Shown here: piece after piece, positions 18,525 through 26,301 of the stretch
How positions within the stretch are numbered: position 1 is the stretch's first letter
Layout of the letters: each line of letters opens with the position of its first letter
NCBI GenBank assembly: GCA_043719295.1
Contig: JAYSUD010000012.1
Location: forward strand, 92,790 to 141,022
Direction: 5' to 3'
Source: a bacterium
GTDB lineage: Bacteria; Patescibacteriota; Minisyncoccia; Phycocordibacterales; UBA918
DNA length: 48,233 bases
The notes under the pieces: generated by a model
Database searches by the model: none
Seen by the model: the letters and a program-made list of their open reading frames with translations, nothing else
What the model was told of the DNA's origin: nothing
Position numbers and translations under genes: made by a program

Positions 18525-18848
18525 ATGGCATTTTCTTTTTCACATCTGATTATTTATGAGTCAGACCGAATGACCTGTGAGAGCGCTTTTAGGCTAGTTA
18601 ACGAAGACCTTCCACAGGCTACGAAGCGGGGTACAGCTTCTTGTGTTGGAAAAATTGAAAGCTTTGACATATGGCTCGGTTTCAAGAAAGGAATACCTTC
18701 GTGGAAATGTTCCTGTACAAAGACCTTGTATGCAGAATCGAGTAATCCTTGCGTTCATGCAATTGCCTTAGCTATTTCGTGGGACAGAAATCGAGGCGTC
18801 CCTGACCCTTCAGATGAAGACATTGAGTTTCTTACGAAGAAGCATTGA
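18525..18848 (+). CDS. SWIM zinc-finger protein
   Basis: WKCSCTKTLYAESSNPCVHAIAL is a CxC...CxH SWIM signature. Converges on the helicase gene and overlaps it by 17 nt. Confidence 0.7.
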   Translation: MAFSFSHLIIYESDRMTCESAFRLVNEDLPQATKRGTASCVGKIESFDIWLGFKKGIPSWKCSCTKTLYAESSNPCVHAIALAISWDRNRGVPDPSDEDIEFLTKKH

Positions 18849-20961
18849 GACCGAACTCTTTTTCATATAGTCGCTGCCTCTTTTTGTAGTGCCTTTCCAG
18901 AAATGCAATCTGTGAATCATGGATATCAACGATATATTTCACTCCATTGCCTCGCAACCTTCCGATATATTGCTTGAGTTTTCCTTCAAATGAAATTGGA
19001 AAAGCGAGAACCAGTACATCAAATCCTTTGACATCTAGACCCTCTCCGAAGAGAGGTCCCGTTGCAATGAGGACTTTAAAATTACCCGCCGTTATCTGGT
19101 CATATTTCAATTTCCGCTGTCTGGCAGAATCGTCACCAGATAAAGTTATAATTTCAGCCACCTCACGCAGATGCAGTGCCAGTATTTCTATATGTTCCCT
19201 TCGCTCCGTTAGCAATAATATCTTTCGGTTTTGTCTTAGGTGGTCAAGCACTGCGTCAATAATAACCCTATTCCGTGCTGTGTCGAATGATATTGTCTTC
19301 GCTAGAATTTCATAATGATCGTTTTTATATCGAAAGGGCAGTTCCAAAAGAGAGGGAATAATCATAATGTTAAACGTTCCTGATTCCGCTCCCTGCGATG
19401 ACTTCATTTCTGCCAGTACTGGTCCTATGCAAAGTTCAGCAATGAGCTGTTGGTCAAACTTTCGCTCGTGAGTGGCAGTAAGTCCGTAACAGTATCTACT
19501 GTTAAATGAACGAATTGTCTCACGATATGTTTTTGCAGGAATATGGTGGCATTCGTCGATGACCATAACCCCAAACACATTTCTGATTTCATCAAAATTC
19601 TTATATCGAGCAAGACTCTGTAGTGACGCAACCGTAATTTGTTTACCCAGTTTCTTTTTCGTCCCCGAAATGACTCCGATATGAGCTTTCGGGATTCCAA
19701 GAAATTGCTCAATTCGTTCAACCCACTGATGAAGAAGTTGATTGCGATGAACAAGAATAATTGAAGGTAATGTAAGTCGAGTAATAATTTCAAGAGCCAT
19801 TATCGTTTTACCGCTCCCCGGTGGAGCGACGAGAATACCATTTGGCTTTTTAAGCACTTGGGTGACTACAATTTCCTGCTCCGCTTTCAACTCAATCAAG
19901 TTTGAAAAAGAAACATCGTCAAACTCACGTTTTGTTTGTGTGAACGTATAAGAGATATTATTTTCATCTAGAAATTCAGCGAACTGTGACAAAAATCCTC
20001 GAGGCAGAATAACCTTGTCGCTTACTTCCTCAATGAGGTGGAAATATCTCTCGGTGCTGAAGGTCGATTTCCCTAAACGCTTTTTCATCCCATATTCTTT
20101 GTTAAAAATGTTCAAATTTTCCTTAATAAAGTTTATGACGGGTTTTGAGAGTTCATTTCTGTTTAGGATAATGTTCCCGCCAACAGAAATATGAATGCCC
20201 GACACAGGACTAGCCCCACCCTGTATCGTAGCGCCTAAACATATTTTTTCATATGCGCTATCAAGATCAGAAACTGAGTGTCTATGAACATTTCTTAAAA
20301 ACTTCCATTGATCTGGGTAAATATCGTCGGCTTTTGTATCGTAAAACACCGTGCATTTTTCCATTACTCTTTGACCTTGTAGCGGAGCACCAATCAGATT
20401 ACCAAACCCACCATCTGAAACGGTGTCCTGATTTGGAAATAAACGATCAAAACTATCTTCTTTCTGAAATTCTGAATGCGGTGATATTCTTGCTATTAAG
20501 GTAAGCATAATTTCCCGAGATTTCCAGCAAGGGTATGCCCCGGCAAAAAATACCCATACGTGTACACCATTACCTCCCCGTGAGATTTCTGTATACGCCA
20601 ACAGACCATTCTCGGAGCACGTATCTACCAGATTTCTTGCGTCATCTTTCCATGAAGTCTCATCAAAATCAGCGACTATGAAATAGGATGTGTTATCTGG
20701 AAGTATCGGATATATCCCAATTGTTTCTTTGCCTGTAAGATGTCCTTCTATCACTCCATGAGTAAATGGCATGAGTGTCTTGTTCTTAAAGTCCTTAATG
20801 GTACCTCCGTGAGCTCTGTGTGCATTAAATTCGTCCCAGTCGAAAGCATACGCAGGCGACCATCCGCTTTTTGTATCTTTTTCCCATCTCCGTGCATATA
20901 CGTCATCACGACCTCTGAAAAGCGATTTGTACAAACCAATCTGTTCTGGAGTCATGCTCAT
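18832..20961 (-). CDS. Archaeo-eukaryotic primase (prim-pol) domain fused to SF2 DEAD/DEAH-box helicase
   Basis: AEP motifs LFRGRDDVYARRW, VADFDETSW (DxD) and GGNGVHVWVFF (sxH). Helicase motifs VAPPGSGKT, VIDECHHIPA and TGPLFGEGLDV. The architecture resembles AEP-helicase proteins annotated in conflict/defence systems. Confidence 0.8.
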   Translation of the reverse strand: MSMTPEQIGLYKSLFRGRDDVYARRWEKDTKSGWSPAYAFDWDEFNAHRAHGGTIKDFKNKTLMPFTHGVIEGHLTGKETIGIYPILPDNTSYFIVADFDETSWKDDARNLVDTCSENGLLAYTEISRGGNGVHVWVFFAGAYPCWKSREIMLTLIARISPHSEFQKEDSFDRLFPNQDTVSDGGFGNLIGAPLQGQRVMEKCTVFYDTKADDIYPDQWKFLRNVHRHSVSDLDSAYEKICLGATIQGGASPVSGIHISVGGNIILNRNELSKPVINFIKENLNIFNKEYGMKKRLGKSTFSTERYFHLIEEVSDKVILPRGFLSQFAEFLDENNISYTFTQTKREFDDVSFSNLIELKAEQEIVVTQVLKKPNGILVAPPGSGKTIMALEIITRLTLPSIILVHRNQLLHQWVERIEQFLGIPKAHIGVISGTKKKLGKQITVASLQSLARYKNFDEIRNVFGVMVIDECHHIPAKTYRETIRSFNSRYCYGLTATHERKFDQQLIAELCIGPVLAEMKSSQGAESGTFNIMIIPSLLELPFRYKNDHYEILAKTISFDTARNRVIIDAVLDHLRQNRKILLLTERREHIEILALHLREVAEIITLSGDDSARQRKLKYDQITAGNFKVLIATGPLFGEGLDVKGFDVLVLAFPISFEGKLKQYIGRLRGNGVKYIVDIHDSQIAFLERHYKKRQRLYEKEFGLNASS

Positions 20962-20972
20962 AAACCACTCAA

Positions 20973-22025
20973 TTATATTCTCCTATATCGAGTCGTCCTA
21001 CCTTGTCCAATACGCTCTATCTTTTTGAGTCGAAGCAGTGTGTCTATTGCCTGAGATACAGTTGGACGGGCGACACCAGTTACTTTTGCAATCAGACCTG
21101 GCGTTGCTTCTTCCGTAGTCAACAGATACTGCCACACGAGCAACTGCTTCGGTGAGAGGAGCTTTTCAATACTTTCTTTTGATATGAGCGCAAGCGCTTC
21201 TTTTGCCTGAGTCAATGAAACATATAAAAAAAATTCAAGCCATGGAGATACATCTTCAGACTCTGTGCCGAATGTTTTCTGACTCTTACGAAGTACAACA
21301 TAATACTCTGCCTTGTTATCTTCAATCAATTTTTCGTGTGAAACGTACGGTACATAATCATATCCAAGCTGGAGCATGAGCAAATTTGTAAGTATGCGAC
21401 TCATTCTGCCATTTCCATCTTGGAAGGGGTGAATCTTAAGAAATTCGACAATAAAATTAGCAATTACTATGAGTGTATGGATTTTCTTCTGTGTAATTGC
21501 TTTTTGTGTCCACTCTATTAATTCCTGCATTTCTTTTCCTGTAAGCCATGCTGGCGTTGTGGCAAATACGACTGCAACTGACGCACCTGTATCGTCCAGT
21601 ATTTCTACTTGATTCTCAACTTTTTTATAGCTACCTCGGTGGAGGCTATCTTTGTCTACATACTTGAGAAGCTCTCGGTGAAGATGTTGGATACTACTTT
21701 CAGAAAAAGAAATTTTTGTATACGCAGTAAATACATTTTCAAGAAGTTCGTAGTACCCCTGCACCTCCTGTTTATCTCTATCTTTAAACTTTTGCATGGA
21801 GAGTCCACGCATCAGTTTTTCAACATCTTCATCAGTCAGTTTCGCTCCCTCAATACGAGTAGACGCACCCGTAGAGGTGACAAGGACTGATTTCTTCAGT
21901 CGTCCTAATATCTGTGGATTAAGTAATGCTCCTCCTACAAATCGACCCTTGAGTTCATCGATCTGACTCACAAGTACCCAAAGATTTTGTGGTATATTTT
22001 TAACTCGTTTATCGAAGCGATTCAT
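20973..22025 (-). CDS. Fic/DOC family protein with N-terminal inhibitory motif and C-terminal winged HTH
   Basis: Active site HPFQDGNGRMSR. STRIEG matches the (S/T)xxxE(G/N) auto-inhibition helix. C-terminal ...ATPGLIAKVTGVARPTVSQAIDTLLRLKKIER is wHTH-like. Confidence 0.85.
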   Translation of the reverse strand: MNRFDKRVKNIPQNLWVLVSQIDELKGRFVGGALLNPQILGRLKKSVLVTSTGASTRIEGAKLTDEDVEKLMRGLSMQKFKDRDKQEVQGYYELLENVFTAYTKISFSESSIQHLHRELLKYVDKDSLHRGSYKKVENQVEILDDTGASVAVVFATTPAWLTGKEMQELIEWTQKAITQKKIHTLIVIANFIVEFLKIHPFQDGNGRMSRILTNLLMLQLGYDYVPYVSHEKLIEDNKAEYYVVLRKSQKTFGTESEDVSPWLEFFLYVSLTQAKEALALISKESIEKLLSPKQLLVWQYLLTTEEATPGLIAKVTGVARPTVSQAIDTLLRLKKIERIGQGRTTRYRRI

Positions 22026-22111
22026 AATATTTAATCTACTATGGATGATATATGAGATTATATTAGATTATACACTTTATAGCAAGCATGTGTACTTATA
22101 CTGAACATATC

Positions 22112-22161
22112 GAAGAACCCCTCGCCCACAAACTCCTTGAATTTTTCGGCTTTTAAGCTAT
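22112..22161 (+). repeat. Direct repeat, right copy (attR-like)
   Basis: See 17952-18001. Confidence 0.9.
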
Positions 22162-22209
22162 GCTGTTGCCACTAAAGGTACATAAGGGGACTTTAGTAAT
22201 TTAATACTC

Positions 22210-22281
22210 GCTCTCATAGTTTAATGGATAGAATGTCAGTTTGCGGAATTGACGATCCAGGTTCGATCCCTGGTGAGAGCA
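22210..22281 (+). tRNA. tRNA-Arg (anticodon GCG by hand folding), no encoded CCA
   Basis: Acceptor GCTCTCA/TGAGAGC, D loop AATGGATA, anticodon stem TCAGT/ATTGA with loop TTGCGGA, T arm CCAGG-TTCGATC-CCTGG. The isotype rests on my choice of anticodon-stem register. Confidence 0.7.
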
Positions 22282-22287
22282 CAAAAA

Positions 22288-22318
22288 TAAAAAGTCCCTT
22301 CGTGGACTTTTTATTTTT
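22288..22318 (+). terminator. Rho-independent terminator after tRNA-Arg
   Basis: AAAGTCC cttcgt GGACTTT followed by ttatttttgg. Confidence 0.7.
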
Positions 22319-22435
22319 GGGTTCTCACCAGTTGCAGGATTTTGATGAAAAAACCGTCGCAAGGATCGAAGAGGTTGCCAACTATTTCTTGAGGTAACGA
22401 AAAGAAATGGTGACAACCTGTACTGAACTCGTAGA

Positions 22436-22459
22436 GTTCGATCCCTGGTGAGAGCACAA
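22436..22459 (+). repeat. 24-nt exact duplicate of the tRNA-Arg 3' end (22261-22284)
   Basis: gttcgatccctggtgagagcacaa occurs twice, 175 nt apart. A more degenerate third copy (gattccctggtggca) lies at 22576-22590. Confidence 0.85.
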
Positions 22460-22604
22460 CGAACGAACACAGAACAGTCTGGGAGACTGTTCGTCAGGGA
22501 TCGAAACACAATTGAGCTAGTTTGTGAGTGAAACGAGACAAACTAGCCAATTGGGGTACCGTTCATGTAATTAAAGATTCCCTGGTGGCATTACCTGTAT
22601 CTCA

Positions 22605-23096
22605 CTATTGCAATTCTACTAGCTCTCCATTTGTATCTGACATATGAATATACAATGGTTGTGAACATAAAATCTCAATAACTCCAGTTTCTTGGTTTTG
22701 AGCTGTGACTTGCAATACATGTTTCCCTGGTCGTGATGTTGCGACACCTCTTGGAAAATTAAAAGTTGCATAATATCTATTCATTTCTTTTGGAATGACT
22801 ACATCCAGTTTCATATCTTCCATCACTATGTTGCCTTCTGGATCAATAAAATTGATGGCACAATTGAGGCTTACTTCATATCTAGTATCAGTCATAAATG
22901 GTGATCTATCGAAGATTAAAACCAGATCAAGTGGGGCCTTAATCCAACGCAACGTAGTACCAATACTTTCACTCTCTTCTGGAGAAATAGTTACGCCAAG
23001 GGTCGAAATAATATTTATAAATGAAAGGAAGCCCGTCTCCTTTTCCACTTGAGTTTTTTGACAAATTAACCCACAACAAGATATTTTCTGATTCAT
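22605..23096 (-). CDS. Hypothetical protein (163 aa)
   Basis: ORF lying 3 nt downstream of the adenylating-enzyme gene. No motif recognised. Confidence 0.6.
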   Translation of the reverse strand: MNQKISCCGLICQKTQVEKETGFLSFINIISTLGVTISPEESESIGTTLRWIKAPLDLVLIFDRSPFMTDTRYEVSLNCAINFIDPEGNIVMEDMKLDVVIPKEMNRYYATFNFPRGVATSRPGKHVLQVTAQNQETGVIEILCSQPLYIHMSDTNGELVELQ

Positions 23097-23099
23097 ATT

Positions 23100-24404
23100 T
23101 TAACTAGTTACTGCAGTTTGATTAGACTCATCAATATATACTAGCGTTTTACCTCTTCCCATTCTCGGTATTGACTCAAGAAACACCATATGGATGTTAA
23201 TTGTATTGCCTAAAATTTTCTTCATACACGACAACAAATCCTCAGTCATAAAATCAAAATATAAATTATTTTTCACTATTCGAACCTCTAGTTCGTGTTC
23301 ACTCTTCTTTACTATCTGGTATTGCACAATAGCTTCAGCATGTTCTGCAAAAAGACTATTGAGATCAAAGTGGCTTAACATTTTTTCTCCGAACATTACA
23401 AAACGATTCCTGCCGTGTAGCGAAAATCTAATATATGGACCTCTTTTTTCGTGTAGAATTGCAAGGTCTCCAAGTTCATATCGAATAAACGGTTGGGTAT
23501 AGTTAAGTAAATCTGTCACAAGCACTCTTCCTGTCTGTCCTACCTGTACACTTTTATTTTCATCATCTACAATCTCAATTATAAACGTCTCTGCACACGA
23601 GACAAGTCCTTGGCTTCCTGGTTCTTCAGCTCCAATTGTTGCAAACTCAGCTGTACCATAGCGATTATAGACTTTGCCTCCTAGGACACGTTCAATATAC
23701 TGCACTTGACCATCAAGTAATGCCTCACCACTATTAATAATATATGGGATTTTAATTTTTCCAGTATATCCATACTGTTCAACATAGTGACAAAATTCTA
23801 GAGTTGAAGTTGCATAACATCCAAAAATATGAGGTTCCAATTTTATTACTTTTTCAACAATTTCTTTAGATTCTGAACGCAAATTCGCGTAGTCAATAAA
23901 TAAATGTCTGCCTTCCGCATCTTCAATCCTGGTCGGTTCAAGAATGTCGGGTCTGCGGATTTCAGCTATTCGCAGTTTGTTTTGAATCTCTGACACTGAA
24001 TGACCTGCTTTTATAATCGAGCGAAATATATGAAAATACATGTACGATAACTGCAAATCAGGAAATTCAGTATCATACGCAGAATTATAAAAACGAACAG
24101 GCTCGCCTGTTGTGCCTGAAGTACCACCTTTACTTCGTCCGTACATCCATTTTGGTAAATGGTGATTTACCATGTCAAACCCATCTTCTCTAAGATTTTG
24201 CCGAGTTACAATAGGGAGTTTTTCAAAAGAAGATAATTCAAGAGACTCACCTTCAAAGACTTTTTTATAGTAGGAAGTATTAGCTCGTGCATAGTGCAAA
24301 AGTTTTTGAAGCTTTCTTTTTTGCAAGAAAAACAAAAGGGTATCTGGAAAATAAATACTTCTTGTTATCCAAAAAAAATCTAATTCGTCTTTAAGAAAAA
24401 GCAT
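23100..24404 (-). CDS. PaaK/CapK/F390-synthetase-like adenylate-forming enzyme
   Basis: GGTSGTTGEPVRF (the TSGTTGxP AMP-binding loop of phenylacetate-CoA-ligase-like enzymes) and a C-terminal RMGRGK lysine motif. Confidence 0.75.
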   Translation of the reverse strand: MLFLKDELDFFWITRSIYFPDTLLFFLQKRKLQKLLHYARANTSYYKKVFEGESLELSSFEKLPIVTRQNLREDGFDMVNHHLPKWMYGRSKGGTSGTTGEPVRFYNSAYDTEFPDLQLSYMYFHIFRSIIKAGHSVSEIQNKLRIAEIRRPDILEPTRIEDAEGRHLFIDYANLRSESKEIVEKVIKLEPHIFGCYATSTLEFCHYVEQYGYTGKIKIPYIINSGEALLDGQVQYIERVLGGKVYNRYGTAEFATIGAEEPGSQGLVSCAETFIIEIVDDENKSVQVGQTGRVLVTDLLNYTQPFIRYELGDLAILHEKRGPYIRFSLHGRNRFVMFGEKMLSHFDLNSLFAEHAEAIVQYQIVKKSEHELEVRIVKNNLYFDFMTEDLLSCMKKILGNTINIHMVFLESIPRMGRGKTLVYIDESNQTAVTS

Positions 24405-24607
24405 AATTTTCCAAAACTACAGGGAATATAAGTAAATATAACACAATTATCTCCCCTGTTGATAGCAAAGGGTCAACTGTTTCAACATGATATACTAATA
24501 AGGTACAAGATAATTAAAAAAATAATTATGGCAGCTGAATAATATTCGAATGGTTTGTTCAAGTAAAAACTCCGTAATAGGAGTTTTTATATGCTAAAAA
24601 TATGATA

Positions 24608-24636
24608 TGACAAAGGGGGCGGTTTTCCGCCCCCAT
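24608..24636 (-). terminator. GC-rich rho-independent terminator
   Basis: GGGGGCGG tttt CCGCCCCC immediately after the stop of 24646-25011. Confidence 0.75.
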
Positions 24637-24645
24637 CTTGATTTG

Positions 24646-25011
24646 TTAGTTGAGCGCCAGATCACTTCTGTAGATCCCGTCATCTGGGATGACGTTTGAA
24701 TCAACAGCGAAACATCCCCCTTTTTCAAAATATTTTGTCGGAGCGTTGATGCTTACACACCACTCAGTCATCTGCCCCAGTGAGGAAACATGCTCGGCAG
24801 GGATTTGATAGTAGTAGAACCCATCGTCCCTTCTTTCGACAATCGAGGTGAACCCCGCGTCGAAGAGCTTATTCTTTTCATCTTTTTTGACCGAAACCAT
24901 GACTTCCAATCCTTTTGGAGCCTTGAATGCCAAGAAGACATCTTGAGCTGCTGCTTGAAGGGGTACAAATGCGCACGCTCCAAGTGCAAAGTAACGAAGA
25001 ACCTTAATCAT
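24646..25011 (-). CDS. Small secreted protein, unknown function (visibly higher GC than neighbours)
   Basis: Signal peptide MIKVLRYFALGACAFVPLQAAAQD. 121 aa. Confidence 0.65.
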   Translation of the reverse strand: MIKVLRYFALGACAFVPLQAAAQDVFLAFKAPKGLEVMVSVKKDEKNKLFDAGFTSIVERRDDGFYYYQIPAEHVSSLGQMTEWCVSINAPTKYFEKGGCFAVDSNVIPDDGIYRSDLALN

Positions 25012-25074
25012 CTGTCATTCTCCTTTATATCGACAGTGTGTATTTATTATGTCTTATAACACTACTTTTGTCAA

Positions 25075-26292
25075 CTACTTTACCCACGCATCTGTGAACA
25101 TTACTTCAAACGCAAACTGGTTTAGAGAATAGGTATATACAATCTCTCTACTTTCAGTAGGTCGTATCTCAATGCGTGCGTTACTGCGCACATAGTCACC
25201 CTCTTTTAAAGAATCAATGGCTTGAACCGCGTAGTGTTTTCCATCCGGAGAAAATTGTGGCCAGTAATACTCTACCCCTTCTGTTTGGATTCTACCGATT
25301 TCTTTAATATCAAATGCTTCCCATGAAACAATACTGTATATGCTGATTATTCCACTTTTTGGAGTTGTCCATGCAAGATACTTACCATCTGGTGACACAT
25401 CAATCATTGAAGTGGAATTAACTTTCTGATTATTTTCAATCTCGATAACTTTACGCTCTTCTTTTGAATCTCTATTGTAAAAATAGAGACCATCTGGACG
25501 TAAATAGACAAGTATTTTTCCACTCGGTGACCAGCCTGGCTTGTATGCGCCACTAATAGATTCAACTAGCGCATCGCTTTTTGTGTCGACAATTGCTATT
25601 TCCCAATTTTCTAATGGTACGAAATCGAGATATGAGTTGTACTCTACACGAAGACGATTAAATGCAAAGAATTGCACTGCCTCAGACCAAGCAAAATTTC
25701 TTTCGGCTATACCTTTTGTATTGTTGTATTTTACAAACTTACTGCTTGTCGTATCGTATGTCTGAATTGACAGACCATCGGGCTCCTCATCTTTATTTGC
25801 TTGTGCAAGGGTGAAAAAGTTTTTTGGATTCTGTATACTTTCAAACTCTGCCATAAACATAGGAGCTTGAGCATCAAGGTATGGAACTGGTTGCGCAGTA
25901 CTACTTGCGACATCTAGTGAGAATATTTGTATACCATTTAAAAATGGCTTTTGCTTCGCACTAAAAACATATTTTCCTTTAGGGAGCGATGAATCGACTT
26001 TTTCTAGGCCAAAATTTCCGTTTTTAAGTTGTAAATTAGTTTTGGGAATTCCTTCAGTTTTATAGTGTTCAACTAATTTTTCTCCACGATTTAAAGCTTC
26101 TTGGGTAGCTTTCTCTTGTCTTTCTGCATCTTCATCTAGAAGACTAGGTGTTTGAATAGTTGAAATGTAGTATAGGAATACAACTCCAAAAAAAACCAAT
26201 GTACCCGCTAAACTGATTACTAATTTAGTAGAAAATACTGACTTTGGTTTTACTTTGTTTTCAGATAACAATGATTCATTATTTTGATTCAT
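25075..26292 (-). CDS. Membrane-anchored TolB-like (PD40/WD40-like) beta-propeller protein
   Basis: N-terminal TM helix (LVISLAGTLVFFGVVFLYYI) and repeated SPDGK motifs (SPSGKILVY, SPDGKYLAW, SPDGKHYAV). Confidence 0.7.
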   Translation of the reverse strand: MNQNNESLLSENKVKPKSVFSTKLVISLAGTLVFFGVVFLYYISTIQTPSLLDEDAERQEKATQEALNRGEKLVEHYKTEGIPKTNLQLKNGNFGLEKVDSSLPKGKYVFSAKQKPFLNGIQIFSLDVASSTAQPVPYLDAQAPMFMAEFESIQNPKNFFTLAQANKDEEPDGLSIQTYDTTSSKFVKYNNTKGIAERNFAWSEAVQFFAFNRLRVEYNSYLDFVPLENWEIAIVDTKSDALVESISGAYKPGWSPSGKILVYLRPDGLYFYNRDSKEERKVIEIENNQKVNSTSMIDVSPDGKYLAWTTPKSGIISIYSIVSWEAFDIKEIGRIQTEGVEYYWPQFSPDGKHYAVQAIDSLKEGDYVRSNARIEIRPTESREIVYTYSLNQFAFEVMFTDAWVK

Positions 26293-26301
26293 ACTAGTTA
26301 A

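Larger units (their letters stand above)
18002..22111. mobile_element. Inserted about 4.1-kb island flanked by 50-bp direct repeats; no recombinase inside
   Basis: Bounded by the two repeat copies. Cargo is a MazF-like toxin, a SWIM protein, an AEP-helicase and Fic. The right repeat still encodes EEPLAHKLLEFFGF-stop, the displaced original gene end. Confidence 0.6.

Noticed and set aside
22321-22456. A second tRNA (intron-containing) or a tmRNA, because GTTCTCA at 22321 can pair with TGAGAGC at 22449
   Set aside because: The sequence 5' of the TTCGATC loop (TAGAG) cannot pair with CCTGG, so there is no T stem. No D or anticodon arm can be drawn, and no tag-peptide-like reading frame or GGGG 5' end was seen. 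It is better explained as a duplicated tRNA 3' end (att scar).
22201-22509. 102-aa minus-strand ORF
   Set aside because: It runs antisense across tRNA-Arg, its terminator and the repeat/hairpin region. It is spurious.
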